Shown here: in pieces, positions 1-13,265 of the stretch | Position numbering within the stretch: the stretch's first letter is position 1 | Layout of the letters: each line of letters begins with the position of its first letter | NCBI RefSeq assembly: GCF_006345805.1 | Contig: NC_042998.1 | Span: 28,706,001-28,770,000 of the forward strand | Reading direction: 5' to 3' | DNA length: 64,000 nt | Source: Octopus sinensis | Lineage: Eukaryota | Notes under the pieces: generated by a model | Database searches by the model: none | Seen by the model: the letters and a program-made list of their open reading frames with translations, nothing else | Told to the model about the DNA's origin: nothing | Translations under genes and position numbers: made by a program

Positions 1-389
1 AGACAAAAACTGCAGAAGACAAAAATCATTATTGCAATCATGCCGCTTCGGAACTGTAATCAACAAGCTTCTCGCCCTCGATCATCTCTCACACTTCAAA
101 TAACCAACACGACTACACTTTCATGTTAAAATACTACTCGTATTCATTACTTCAGATCCATCTTCCTACTTCCTTTTTTTTTTTTTTAGTTCTTTCAGCC
201 ATTAAGTACCATGACTGCGGCCATGCTGGAGCACTGCCTTCAAGAATTTTAGCCGAAATAAATCGACCTCAGGGCTTGTCCTATCGAACCCTTTTGCCGG
301 ACCGCTAATTTACGGGGATGTCGACCCTGGTTGTCAAGCGGTGGAGGACAAACACAAAGACACATTATATATATATATATATATATATA

Positions 390-623
390 CCGGAGTAAAC
401 ACATAAATGTGAAACAAGGTGGAAAAAGAGTACTCAAATACCAGTGGTAGAGTAATATGCTTTATTTTAAGCAGCAGAAAATTCAACAAAATCTGTTACT
501 CTGAGTTTCTCGTTGCCGTTCATCAGACAGTTTTTGCTAGAATCTAGCAAAAACTGTCTGATGAACGGCAACGAGAAACTCAGAGTACAGATTTTGTTGA
601 ATTTTCTGCTGCTTAAAATAAAG
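390..623. mobile_element. Fold-back mini-element with hammerhead motif, flanked by (TA)n
   Basis: Inverted repeat 460-623 centred near 542, plus an unpaired tail at 390-459; second copy at 41680-41879. Confidence 0.85.
493..530 (-). ncRNA. Type I hammerhead ribozyme motif (mirror copy at 554-590 on +)
   Basis: CTGT-CTGATGA-ACGgcaaCGA-GAAA-CTCaGAG-TA-ACAG: stem I CTGT/ACAG, intact core, short stem III. Confidence 0.75.
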
Positions 624-650
<27 letters not shown>

Positions 651-655
<5 letters not shown>

Positions 656-846
656 TAATCCAAACATGAAAACAAAGAGAAAACACAACAGCGCGAGGAC
701 GTGGAACAAGTATAGTGTTATTGGACGCTCAGGAAAGGAAAGAAAGAAGGAGGATTTAACGTTTCGTCAGAAACATAGGAAAGGGGAAGATCCAAGGAAG
801 GGAAGACGGAGGAAAAAAAATCGCCAACAATACACACGCGGTCACA
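651..846 (-). mobile_element. (TA)n-inserted repeat family with minimal hammerhead; stem II is deleted in this copy
   Basis: Homologous to 16838-17047 (opposite orientation) and 39991-40193. Confidence 0.7.
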
Positions 847-1663
847 ATTGTTTATATATATATATATATACATACTCACACACGACGAACTACTTTCAGT
901 TTCCGTCGATCAAATCCACTCACAAGGCCTTCGTCGAGGGGAGAAGAAAATTGTCCAATGTGGGACGCAGTGGGATCGAACTCGGAACCATGTAGTTGGA
1001 AAGCAAATTCCTTACCACACAGCCACGCTTGCGCTTATGTTCATATACTTAAACTAGACAAATAAGGTAACCAGATAACAAGAAAGTTTTATACGGTAGT
1101 TGATCTGCAAGAAGAAGCAACTAAATCGCTCTCGCATCACACTCACTTTAATACCCAACAAACCAAAGAAAACAAAGAAAACTTTTCTGTAACGATGGCC
1201 TTAGTGCTTATGCTATCGAACCCTTTTGCCGGACCGCTAATTTACGGGGACGTCGACCCCGGTTGTCAAGCGGTGGAGGACAAACACACACACACACATA
1301 TATATTTAATTTGCTTTGCGGGAAGGACTGTTTCAACGAAGTCGCGTATTGTCCTTGCCTTCGAAAACGCGGAGTAGATGAAACAGGGACAACTGAAGAA
1401 GGGGAATATTCTTTTTGCTGCATGTCTCGTTTCTCTGTTTGTTTTTTTGTTGTTGTTCGAAAAAATGTTCGTTTTCTATGTTCTTGGTTTTATGTTTTCG
1501 ATTCTCATTGTGTTCAACGTTTCTTTTGTCCTGTACCCCTATATGCATGTATATATACGTATATATGTAGGTATGTACATATATGTATGTATATATGCAT
1601 ATATTTATATATTATTTATATTATTATTATATGATCGAACGCTACGCATCCTTTTCCAAGTAA

Positions 1664-1723
<60 letters not shown>

Positions 1724-1984
1724 CATACACACACACGCACTCACTCATACACGACGAACTTCTTTCAGTTTCCGTCTATCTGTACAGCAAGGAAAATTAC
1801 TTCTGTGTTAGCCACATAATATAACGTCTGCTGAAGATTTATGCTTGCAGAATAAAGATCGAAAGCCTCCGGTTGACAAGAGATCAGAAATAGAATTAAG
1901 CTGACCACAAGAATATAATAATGTAAAACGTCCTCGAGTCATGTCGAACATAAACACCTGCATCATGTAAGATATATCACGCAT

Positions 1985-2355
1985 AGGTGGCGAGCTGGAG
2001 GAATCGTTAGCACGCCGGGCGAAATGCTTAGCGGGATTTCGTCTGCGTTACGTTGTGAGTTCAAATTCCACCGAGGTCGACTTTGCTTTTCATCCTTTCG
2101 GGGTCGATAAATTAAGTACCAGTTACGCACTGGGATCGATGTAATCGACTTAATCCGTTTGTCTGTCCTTGTTTGTCCTCTCTGTGTTTAGCCCCTTTAT
2201 GGATAGTAAAGAAATAGGTATTTCGTCTGTCTTTACGTACTGAGTTCAAATTCTTCCGAGGTCGATAAATTAAGTACTAGTTGCATATTGGGGTCGATCT
2301 AATCGACTGCCCCCCTCCCGCAAAATTTTGGGCCTTGTACTTAGAATAGAAAAGA
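1985..2355 (+). mobile_element. SINE family B (Deu/Nin-like central domain)
   Basis: GGCGAGCTGG head, GAGTTCAAATTCC B-box, GTCGACTTTGC(C/T)TTTCATCCTTTCGGGGTCGATAAATTAAGTACC domain; partial tandem dimer. Confidence 0.8.
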
Positions 2356-3097
2356 ATTAGTCGTTCGTAAGAGTTGTGTATGCAAGAAAAAGAGCAATTA
2401 CTAAATTTTTAAAAGGCGTTAATTCTGCCGCACCTTTTTTATAAGAAAAAAAACGGACTAGTCCACATAAAACTCATACATGCCATGTGACTGGCGGTTT
2501 TTAATTATTTAGACAGATATATAGCATTTGTTATATATTGATTAAGTGTTCAATACACGACAGCCAGAACTAAATTTATTTGAGACCTTGTACCTAATAA
2601 AAGAAATCAGGACTAAATTTATTTTAATTCACTTCACAAAAAGACTGTACGTACTATATGTCTAATCAAAATCACGGTATGCGAAAACGAAAATGAACAG
2701 TATAGGATTTTTTATTAGAAAGACATGTTCAAATGTAGCGTAAAATGAAAAACAAAATGAACCAATACAGAAATGTTCAAAATATCTGTCCAATCACAGC
2801 AAGAAGAATACTACAAAGATTTAGAAAAAACAGTGAAAAGATAATATTTTTTCGTTGTTAAAAATTAGTTACGAGTCATTTTGGAACACTGAAGAGTTAC
2901 CCCCAATAAAAATATTAAAAGTGAATGCAATGATAGGAAAGAATGTGTCTGCCGATAACAGCGACGAAGAGAGTTCGGCGGAATTATGACGTAAGCACGT
3001 GCTAAGAACCCCCCATAACTTTTTTTTCTGTTTTTGCGAATTTCTACAAATTTTTTTTTAGATTCTGTCTTCTCCATAATGGAATTAATACTGTTAT

Positions 3098-3330
3098 AAG
3101 GCGGCGAGCTGGCAGAAACGTTAACACGCCGAGCGAAATGCTTTGCGGTATTTCGTCTGCCGTTACGTTCTGAGTTCAAATTCCGCCGAGGTCGACTTTG
3201 CCTTTCATCCTTTCGGGGTCGATAAATTAAGGACCAGTTACGCACTGGGGTCGATATAATCGACTTAATCCGTTCGTCTGTCCTTGTTTGTCCCCTCTGT
3301 GTTTACCTCCTTGTGGGTAGTAAAGAAAAA
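3098..3330 (+). mobile_element. SINE family B
   Basis: Full-length copy; GGAATTAATACT flanks both ends (TSD-like). Confidence 0.85.
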
Positions 3331-3758
3331 GGAATTAATACTATTACGCAATAAATAAATAAATAAATAAAAATCTTAAACTCTGAGAGTGCGCAGATGA
3401 CCAAATTGCGCAATCTCAGATAATTTGGTCATTGGAAGGGTGACCTCTAGTGACAAGTTTGCAATCAAATTGAAATTTGGATTGAACACCTCGGGAGCAA
3501 GTTTTGGAGTTTTACTACTTTTCGATATTACATTCGGTATGTCTTCACCGAGAGTGAAATTACTTCGGAAACTGCAAAGATATTGTTTTTGTGACTCAGC
3601 TATAACAATCTCTCCAGACTTTTATATACCCATGGAACAGTGAATCCAGGTAAAAAAAAAAGAAAAAAAAGTAGCAGGTGAAAATGTCAAAGGGGTTTTG
3701 TCCTAGCTGGGATAGTTGTCGGGATTCTATAAATTGTGACTTTTTTCCTAGGCAAAAT

Positions 3759-3852
3759 GGCGGAGATAAAGAATACGTACACCACCCGTTTTCGGTGTAA
3801 CAGAAACCCTAACCGTAAACACCAGTTGTGCGTATTCTTTACTTTCGCCGCC
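3759..3852. repeat. Small inverted-repeat (MITE-like) element with internal AACCCTAACC
   Basis: GGCGGAGATAAAGAATACGTACA...TGTGCGTATTCTTTACTTTCGCC; second copy at ~6118-6213. Confidence 0.6.
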
Positions 3853-4417
3853 AAAATTCTGACTTGTTTTCCCGTGACTTTGTTACCGGTCAGCGGAACA
3901 GTGAACCACACGTCTCATTTTGTAGATCCTGTGTCTGGTGTGTGTGTGCGAACAACGTGTAATCATCATGCTGGGCACGAATCAAACGGAGACTTAAGAA
4001 CATATGTGGTTCTAATGGAGATATACACTGGTCGCGTATGGATGAGGCCATCTACAGATGACATGAAATGTTAAAATGCTTGGGAAAACTACAAGACATT
4101 TATAAAACACACAGCAGAAATTTATTCGAAAATATTTTAAAGGTATGTTACAGATAATTTATTTTGTTGACATAATTTTCGGCATTCTTTCGATATAACT
4201 CGACAAAATCAAAAAACACTTCACCGGGTATTTCTGTGGAAGCAAATGACAGTTCGATTCTGTTTTCTGCTTGGAAATTTGCGGATTTTACATACACACA
4301 TGAAACAGGTAAGAACAAATATGCAAGGCTTTTTTTTTTCTTCAAGTTTAAAAAGAAATCTTTATTATGATCAAAATTACAAGACAAACAAGTTATATGA
4401 GTTCGAATGATCATTAT

Positions 4418-4800
4418 ACTCTTTACTCTTTTACTTGTTTCAGTCATTTGACTGCGGCCATGCTGGAGCACCGCCTTTAGTCGAGCAAATCGACCCCGGG
4501 ACTTATTCTTTGTAAGCCCAGTACTTATTCTATCGGTCTCTTTTGCCGAACCGCTAAGTGACGGGGACGTAAACACACCAGCATCGGTTGTCAAGCAATG
4601 CTAGGGGGACAAACACAGACACACAAACACACACATACATATATATATATATATACATATATACGACAGGCTTCTTTCAGTTTCCGTCTACCAAATCCAC
4701 TCACAAGGCATTGGTCGGCCCGGGGCTATAGTAGAAGACACTTGCCCAAGATGCCACGCAGTGGGACTGAACCCGGAACCACACAGCCACTCCTGCGCCT
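4418..4800 (-). mobile_element. SINE family A (tRNA head, CORE-like CTTGGGCAAGT motif, internal microsatellite)
   Basis: Near-consensus copy with CpGs intact. Confidence 0.85.
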
Positions 4801-5099
4801 ATGTTAAAAATTTACTTAAAATATTTTATATAATGATTAATTTTCCTTCAACTAGAACTTTTTTTTTTTAAAGTGAAATGTCTCGACCTTGTCGAGCTAT
4901 ATCGAAGGAATGCCTAATGTTCTGTTAATCAATGATTTTTCTCTTACACAAATACATATGGTTCTGCGCTGGTCAAATGATTTCCTCTTACGCTGCGCGC
5001 ATGCGCGATTGTTTTTAACGTTTTCAGTTTTGATTTTTGAAGTATTTAAAAAATTATTTGGAAATTATAAAGAAAAACGAATGGTAGATTCGGACTCTG

Positions 5100-5340
5100 G
5101 GTACTATTTAAGAAGAGTGGTCCCGGTGCGCGCACTCGCGTATCCGCGCTAGCCAGTCGATCCTTACTTTGTGCTTTTATATTTTATTTACTTTGTTTAG
5201 AAAAATTATTTACTTTGTGTAAAAAAATATTTTGTGTTTTATTTACTTTGCTTGGTAGTCGTTGTAGGATCGACTAGTCACGACTAGCTAGCGCAGATGC
5301 GCGAGTGCACGCACCGGGTCCATTCTTCTTAAATAGTACC
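5100..5340. mobile_element. MITE with ~65-75 bp GC-rich TIRs and AT-rich core
   Basis: GGTACTATTTAAGAAGA...TCTTCTTAAATAGTACC termini; no clear TSD. Confidence 0.75.
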
Positions 5341-6219
5341 AAAATTTCATGCACAAATATCCATTTTACTAAAAGCTATGAGGAAACAAAATCGAGAAGT
5401 GTGAATTATCCAGAACGTCTCTTCCAGAAAGTTTTTTTTACCACAAATTCCTATATAACCGTAATCTACACTGTCTGAAAAGTATTAGTCGAAAATCTAA
5501 GCAGTTTCGGAGGGACTCTTTTCTGTAGTTATACTCTAAATTTAGTAAGCGAGTTAGTATTTTTAAACGCATAAAAGATATAAAGGAAAAATATACATAA
5601 CATATTTTTTTTTTCAAATTGAGAACCAAATGTGTAAATATAATTTAGCAATTAGCAGAAAACCAGCCAGAAGGGCGGTCTTTCTGTTAGTACTAGTAAC
5701 GACACAATGCCCGTAGAAAAACATTAAAAACATACAGGGTCTTACATTCTACACCGAATTTACAAACACTGTACTCATTGAAGCACATAAATCATTTAGT
5801 ATGATTGACACACTTTGACCATAATAGAGATATTTACTCAAGCCAATAGAAGCGACTTACAAAGCTGCTCAGTCTGCTAATGTAAGCAGCTAAATTCTCT
5901 TCAAAGTTCCTTGCCGTGTTAAAGGGGGGTGAATTTACTGATTAACTTGACACGAAATTAAAAAAAATATGTCGGAAAGTAATGATTAAATGCCTAACAA
6001 CTTTTTTATCGGCACAAAATAACGGTTAAAGAATCACGTACCCTTTTCCGAAATAATTTCAAATTTTGACACAGGGTAAGTTATTTCAGGCAAAGGGATA
6101 AGTCTACTACATTGATCGGCGGAGGTAAAGAATACGTCCACCACCTGTTTTCGGCGTAACAAAAACCCGAATCCTTACCCTAAACCCCGAGTGTACGTAT
6201 TCTTTACTTTCGCTCGTTG

Positions 6220-6732
6220 ATCCCAGTGCTCAACTGGTTCTTATTTTATCGCTCCCGAAAGGGATGAAAGGCAAAAATCGACCTCAGTAGAATTTGAACC
6301 CCGAACGTAGAGACGGACAAAATGCCGTTAAGCATGTTGCTTGATGCGCTAATGATTCCTATTTCCTTATTGCCCGTATGGGGCTAAACATAGAGGGGAC
6401 AAACAAGGACATTAATTCGATTACATCGACCCCGAAAGGATGAAAGGCAAAGTCGACCTCGGCGGAATTTGAACTCAGAACGTAACGGCAGACGAAATAC
6501 CTATTTCTTTACTGCCCACAAGGGGTTACACACAGAGGGGACAAACAAGGACAGACAATAGATTAAGTCGATTATATCAACTCCAGTGCGTAACTGGTAT
6601 TTATTTAATCGACCCCGAAAAGATAAAAGGCAAAGTCAACCTCGGCGGAATTTGAACTCAGAACGTAACGGCAGACGAAATACCGCAAAGCATTTCGCCC
6701 GGCGTGTTAACGTTTCTGCCAGCTCGACGCCT
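6220..6732 (-). mobile_element. SINE family B tandem multimer
   Basis: About 3 partial or complete units. Confidence 0.8.
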
Positions 6733-7539
6733 TTGTCAAAGCCATAATCACGCAACTACAATCTAACAGCGCTGTTCAGTTAAACGTCACTTGCGTGCAC
6801 CAATTTCAGAACTCAAAACATCTATAATGGAGAAAGCTGCTTATTATTTCGTTGGAATTATATAACTTTTACTAAAAGAAAGCACTTATTAATGTCTTCG
6901 CAGTCTTCAAAACTTCTATAATTTTAAATTTTACTATATTTTTTTTATGAAAATGTGGTTTTCGAATTTCATTACTGAGGATTTCAACTACAGGCTGAAC
7001 AATACAATTGGATTCACCGTGACATGCATTTTAATACACCTCACAGTTGTATACTTTTTCTTCTACGGTTTCCTAGCAACTCCCCCCTACACCTTTGCCT
7101 ACCGCCTTTCTCTATTCTTATGATCTTTCTCACTCTTATCAGCATCATTTTTTGTTTTTAACAACTTTCTCCATTCGGTCTTCATTTGAGAAAAAATTTC
7201 ACACTACATCTATTTATCGTATCAAAATTACATAGAAATTTTATATTTCAGGTTCCATTCGGTTATGCAAAAATATGTATAGAACAATATACATACTGCG
7301 CTAAACGTTAGAATTTTTCAGTTCAACATATAATTTTCTTCTTTCCCTGCACACTCTTTCACTTCTATTTTCTCTCCTAAGGAAAATCCCTCGCTCCTCC
7401 TCCTCCTCTTTTGTCACTTGCGCCCCCTTTCCCCCCCTCTCTCTCTCGCCTTTATTCAATTGTATGGTTTTTAAAGTTTATCAATAATAAAACGGGCAAA
7501 TATATGTACATCCAAAACAGTAAAGCCGAGGAAATTTTG

Positions 7540-8460
7540 GGGTTGGCCAAAAGGTCGGGTTTTTTTTTTCAGCGAAAATAAAACAAGTTTTATACACAAA
7601 GTGATTTATTCGATCAAGGCTATAATCATCGCTTCGTTCCAGCAGCTTCTCTCTTGTGAGCAGAGCCATTATTCCTTGTTCAAAGAAGTTCCTGTTCTTA
7701 CTGACGAATACTCTTCACTGTGAGCTTTATCATCCTCTTCAGAACTGCAGATCTGTCTGTTCAATTAATTTCGAAGAGAGCAAAACGGGTGGAAATCTGA
7801 AGGCACGAAGTTTGATGAATATGAAGGATGCGGCAAAACTTCTCAGCCGACTCCAGTAAGGTTTGCAAAGAAGTGTCCAGTTTGGCATTGTCGTGATGAA
7901 AGACAATGTCCTTGCGATTAACAAGTACTGAATTACCTCTGCAGGATCGCCGCTGGTCGCAGTACACATCCAAATTGATGTTCCTGTCCGTAATGAGAAC
8001 CGCGTAAAATTCTAACGCTTTTCTAATCCCGCCAAATTGAAAGCATAACCTTTTTCGAGTGGAGTCCTGCATTGGATGTTGTTTGCGGTGATTTAAGTCG
8101 ATTATATCGACCCCAGTGCGTAACTGGTACTTAATTTATCGACCCCGAAAGGATGAAGGCAAAGTCGACCTCGGTGGAATTTGAACTCATGATCGTCTGC
8201 ACTTAACGTTGCTATAGACGATCCAGTTTGCGTCCCCTGTGAACATTCTCTTCAAATAAGTATCGTTTTCTTCACGTCTCTCCAACGAATCGCAGAAGGA
8301 AACCCATTGGGTACGGTTATCCTCATTTAATTAATGTTGACTCCATGCATCGAGCCTGCTAACCTAACCAAATTGATGCAGATAGTTTTCAGCTCTCGAC
8401 TTCAGTATTTGGAGAATATCAGAGATCATCCTTGTCGTATAACGCGGACTGGAGTCAACT
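7540..8460 (-). pseudogene. Decayed mariner transposase, interrupted by a SINE B fragment (8093-8190)
   Basis: Minus-strand remnants YLKRMFTGDANWIVY, IVFHHDNAK and PHPSYSSNFVPSDFH match mariner catalytic motifs; TIR-like GGGTTGGCCAAAAG at ~7540. Confidence 0.75.
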
Positions 8461-9059
8461 AACTCCATTTCGTCGCTCTGAAAGTAGATTCTTAGAATTT
8501 CTAGTAATGATCTGTCGGGTGTAGCTTTTTTTTGGTTGACGAGTCTAAAATGCAAACTACAGGTAGATTTTAATCAAATAGACTAACTTGATTGCTATGA
8601 ATAACTAACACTATCTTCGTTACAGCATAGAAGTGTTGTCATTGAGATTTGCAGACTCCCATAGACTACTTGAAAACCAGCATCTCTGGATGCAGAGTTA
8701 ATTTAATTTACATTATTAGAAATCAACAGTTTTAATTTATAACCAATGCTCAGAATATTCTCCTTGGAAATAAGAATAAGTACCACTTTAATTTTTGATA
8801 AAAAAAAGTTTCAAACTTCTAAACTGTCAAGTTCAAATCTTCACAAGAGTGGTGAAGTGCTTTGACTAAATAATTTCATTTGATTTTATTTTACAAACAT
8901 TTTTTTTCATTTGTATCCTTACAAGTACCTGAAAATACTGAAAGCCCATTTCTCGTTTTCCTAAGAGAGATGTAACACTTTCATTTCAGTCAACTTAAGT
9001 GTTTTATTTATTTTAATACGATGCAATCTCAAATACAAGGTGAGTTTTTACACCCAGAA

Positions 9060-9260
9060 GGCAGAAACGTTAGCACGCCGGGCGAAATGCGTAGCCGTAT
9101 TTCATCTGCCGTTACATTCTGAGTTCAAATTCCGCCGAGGTCGACTTTGCCTTTCATCCTTTCGGGGTCGATAAATTAAGGACCAGCTGGATACTGGGAT
9201 CGATCCAATGGACTGCCCCACCTCCTCCAAAATTATGGGCTTTGGCCCTGAGTAGAAAAG
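9060..9260 (+). mobile_element. SINE family B
   Basis: Matches the family consensus. Confidence 0.8.
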
Positions 9261-9385
9261 TTTTGACTCCCATGACACAAGATGAGCGTAATGATAAAAT
9301 AATACCAAAAATATAAGTAAATAAATAATAAGGTTAGGGGATGAATGATGAATTAATGTACAATTTCATAAAATATTTATAAGTA

Positions 9386-9759
9386 TCTCTCTATATATAA
9401 ACGGCAGTTTGTCTGTGTGTGTTTCTGTGTGTCTGTTTGGTTGTACCCTCACCCTGACCACTGCTTTCAACCGATTCTGATGAAACTTGACACACTCATA
9501 GCCCAATATCATAATTCAAAACTAACGCAGCGAAAATTTTGAAAAGTTCCCCCAGTTCTGAAAAAAATTGATAAATTTTACATGGGGTCGAGAATCAGAA
9601 ACACAAACCACAGACTGTCTAGGGGACGCAACTCGACCTTTTTTAACTCTCAAAAAAAATTTACCATAATTTTTTTGCTATTTTTTGGCTATAACTCTCT
9701 AAAAATGCTTTATAGTTATTTCCCTTACAAACCTGAGCAACGCCGGGCGATACTGCTAG
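9386..9759 (+). mobile_element. Non-autonomous Helitron
   Basis: 5' TC(TCTCTATATATAAA), 3' hairpin CCTGAGCAACGCCGGG then CTAG; inserted between A and T. Confidence 0.75.
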
Positions 9760-9809
9760 TTGTATATATATATATATATATATATATGTTTTATGTAGTG
9801 TGGATATAT

Positions 9810-10180
9810 ATATCCTGGGAACCAGCTCCCAAAGACGGTTCGCTTCAGTGAGATCGAGACTGGAAGTAGGCCATATGGAGGTTCAAAACTTCGTTTTCGT
9901 GATCTCCAACCGTCTCTCATTTTATGCAGTGTCCCACCCAATCGGTTGGAGGCTCTGGTCGGTTAATTGGAAGGCATAGAGGTCCGTGTGTTGGTGTAGG
10001 GCGCTTTGAAACTGAACACAGGACACTGCCTGAAGAGAGGAGACGTTGTTATCAATCCCCTGTGACTGTTGTTCAGGGTTACTTTCTGGGCTCTAAAGTG
10101 ACAGAGGATCTGCCTATCTCATATCAGTTTTATCAGCTACATCTGCTCCCATGAGAAACGATGAAACGGAGGCAGTAGAC
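9810..10180 (+). pseudogene. Decayed RTE-like LINE 3' end
   Basis: PKTVRFSEIETGSRPYGGSKLRFRD resembles the RTE ORF C-terminal PKxLLYGELxxGxRxxGRPKLRFKD motif. Confidence 0.5.
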
Positions 10181-10211
10181 GATGAATGTCATAAGCAAAT
10201 AAGCAGATATA

Positions 10212-11502
10212 CGAGGGGCGTTCAATAAGTAATGCCTCTGACCCACTTGCATTTGGTTGATCTAGCTGAAATTTGACATGTGCAATTATTTATATCTCTA
10301 TAGATTAAGTGGCAAATTACAGCTCTGAACTAATTGTGGTTTCTGATTTACAGGTGTTTGAACTGAGTCAAGTGTAAAATGGAGCCTGTTGAGTGTCGAG
10401 CAGTGATGCGGTTTTTGTATTTGAAAGGACGCACACCACGGGAGACTTTTGATGAAATGAAAGTAACTTATGGTGATGACGCCCCATCATATGACCTTGT
10501 AAAACGCTGGCATCGTGAATTCAAACATGGTCGGAACTTTGTGGAAACAGCTCCCAGATCTGGTCGCCCCCTTCTGCCATTGATGAGGCATCTGTCCGTC
10601 AAGTTGAGGCTGCTATTTTGGAAGATCGATGCATAACTATTCGCCAAACAGCCCATGAGGTCAAGATTAGTACCGGGTCTGTGGAAACTATCATTCATGA
10701 CCATTTGCATATGCAAAAGGTGTCTGCCAGATGGATTCCCAGGTTGCTCACACCTTTCCAGAAGCAAGAACGCGTCGAGTGCTCAAGGATGAATTTGGAG
10801 ATGTGCCAAGAAGATGAGTCAAAATTTTTCAAAAGACTGATTACACAGGATGAAACCTGGGTCCATCACGATGATCCAGAGACCAAAGCCCAGTCAATGC
10901 AGTGGAAGCACCGTGACTCACCCCCTCCAAAGAAGGCAAGGGTGCAGCCCTCCGCTGGCAAGGTCATGCTCACAGTCTTCTGGGACCAGGACGGAGTACT
11001 GATGACAGATTTCCTGGCAAAGGGTACCACAATTGCAGGAGCCTATTATGCTTCACTTTTGAGGAAATTAAGAGAAGCTATCAAAATCAAGAGGCGGGGC
11101 AAGATCAGCAAAGGCATCCTCCTCCTGCAGGACAACGCTCCGATCCACAACTCGCGTGTCGCCAGATCAGAAGCACAGGCGTGCGGCTATGAACTCATCC
11201 CCCATTCTCCCTACTCTCCTGACCTTGCACCCTCTGATTTTCACCTCTTCCCAGCCATGAAGTTGTTTTTGAAAGGAAAGCGTTTCCCAGATGATGCAGC
11301 CTTGATTTCTGAAGTCACGTCGTGGTTGGAGGACCAAGCTGGGGTCTTCTACAAAAACGGTCTTCAGAGCTACATCAAACGATGGGAGAAATGCGTAACT
11401 CTGGGTGGTTCCTATGTAGAAAAAGACTAATAACTGTGCCAAGTTTCGTTGCTCTACTGCTATGGGAAGTGGGTCCGGGCATTACTTATTGAACGCCCCT
11501 CG
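10212..11502 (+). mobile_element. Full-length mariner (DD34D) transposon, 1291 bp
   Basis: Perfect 25 bp TIR CGAGGGGCGTTCAATAAGTAATGCC, extending imperfectly to GACCCACTT; TA TSD at 10210-11 and 11503-04. Confidence 0.97.
10379..11430 (+). CDS. Mariner transposase, ~350 aa, with one frameshift at the C5 run 10567-10571
   Basis: HTH N-terminus, RSGRP, WIPRLLT, DETW, QDNAPIH, YSPDLAPSD; 34 residues between the second and third catalytic D. Confidence 0.92.
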
Positions 11503-11737
11503 TATGAAATATATTACCTTCCTATTGTAGTTCATTGAAATGCAAATAAAATTTCCTCGAGATAAAGATGAACGGCGTATTTTTGTCACAGATAATAAAA
11601 ACATTGTTTGTAATAAATCTATCACATTCCACAATTTCAGCTGAGTTTTTTTATTTCTCAAGAAACACTAAGTACCTTTCTTATATTTCTGATTTTTAGC
11701 AATAAAAATCTGGCATCATATTTGGTAAATTCTTATC

Positions 11738-12118
11738 TTTTTTTTTTTTTTTTGAAGCACTCCGTCGGTTACGACGATGAGGGTTCCGGTTGATCCGAAT
11801 CAACGGAACAGCCTGCTCGTGAAATTAACGTGTAAGTGGCTGAGCACTCCACAGACACGTGTACCCTTAATGTAGTTCTCGGGAAGATTCAGCATGACAG
11901 AGAGTGTGACAAGGCTGGCCCTTTGAAATACAGGTACAACAGAAACAGGAAGTGAGAGAAAGTTGTGGTGAAAGAGTACAGCAGGGATCACCACCATCCC
12001 TGCCAGAGCCTCGTGGAGCTTTAGGTGTTTTCGCTCACAACGCCCGGTCTGGGAATCGAAACCGCGATCCTATGACCGCGAGTCCGCTGCCCTAACCACT
12101 GGGCCATTGCGCCTCCAC
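11738..12118 (-). mobile_element. tRNA(Arg)-like headed SINE family D with poly(A) tail
   Basis: Head GTGGAGGCGCAATGGCCCAGTGGTTAGGGCAGCGGACTCGCGGTC...GGTTTCGATTCC; TSD TAAATTCTTA(T/C)C at 11726 and 12121. Confidence 0.85.
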
Positions 12119-12257
12119 TATAAATTCTTACCATTACAATCATCTCACAAGACAGTTATAATAGCAAGAGTATTCCCCCATCAGATTTCATTTTCGTGTT
12201 TTACTTGCTGCATTCTTGAAACAGATTTTGTATCGCACGAGGATCATTTTGCTGATA

Positions 12258-13265
12258 ATCTTTTCTACTCTAGGCACAAGGCCCGAAATTTTTGAGGAGG
12301 GGGCCCGTCGACTGGTACTTAATTTATCGATTTCGAAAGAATGAAAGGCAAAGTCGACCTCGGCGGAATTTGAACTCAGAACATAAAGACAGACAAAATA
12401 CCTATTTCTTTACTACCCACAAGGGGCTAAACACAGAGAGGACAAACAAGGACAGACAAAGGGATTAAGTCGATTATATCGAACCCAGTAACTGGTTCTT
12501 ATTTAATCGACCCCGAAAGGAGGAAAGGCAAAGTCGACCTCGGCGGAATTTGAACTCAGAACGTAATGGCAGACGAAATACGGTTACGCATTTCGCCCGG
12601 CGTGCTAACGTTTCTGCTAGCTCGCCGCCTTATAAATAAAAGATATTCTTTCCTACTCTAGGCACAAGGCCCTAAATTTTGGGGGAGGTGCAGTCGATTA
12701 GATCGACACCAGTACGTGACTGATACTTAGGTTATCGATCCTGAAAGGATGAAAGGAAAAGTCGACTTCGGCGGAATTTGAACTCAGAACGTAAAGACAG
12801 ACAAAATACCTATTTCTTTACTACCCACAAGGGGCTAAACGTAGAGGAGACAAACAAGGAAAGACAGACGGATTAAATCGATTATATCAACCCCAGTGCA
12901 TAACTAGTACTTAATTTATCGACCCCGAAAGGATGAAAGACAAAGTCGACCTTGGGGGCAATTGAACTCAGAACGTAAAGACAGACGAAATACCGCTAAG
13001 TATTTCGCCCGGCGTGCTAAGGTTTCTGCCAGCTCGCCGACTTATAAACAAAAAAATATTCTTTTCTACTCTAGGCACACGGCCCGAAATTTTGAGTGAG
13101 GGGGCAGTCGATTAGATCGACCCCAGTTCGTGACTAGTACTTAGGTTATCGATCCTGAAAGGATAAATCGACTTCAGCATAATTTGAACTCAGAACATGA
13201 AGACAGACGAAATGCCACTAAGCATTTCGCCCAACATGTTAACATTTCTGCTAGCTTGCCGCCTA
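12258..13265 (-). mobile_element. SINE family B tandem array (~5 units)
   Basis: Head-to-tail units with alternating tails. Confidence 0.85.

Larger units (their letters stand above)
177..1035 (-). mobile_element. tRNA-headed SINE family A, diverged copy split by insertions in its internal (TA)n tract
   Basis: 3' part at 177-361 and head at ~880-1035 match other family A copies; the gap holds the 390-623 and 651-846 elements. Confidence 0.7.

Noticed and set aside
1336-1420. Possible type III hammerhead (TA-TTGTCC...GGACAA-CTGAAGA-AGGGGAATATTCTTTT)
   Set aside because: Stems I and II are plausible, but no GAAA follows stem II
3425-4315. Exon-like segments with CAG|GTAA donors at ~3649 and ~4308
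   Set aside because: Frames contain stops and show no recognisable protein similarity; needs RNA-seq
4990-5010. GCGCATGCGC NRF1-like promoter motif
   Set aside because: A single motif with no linked transcript evidence
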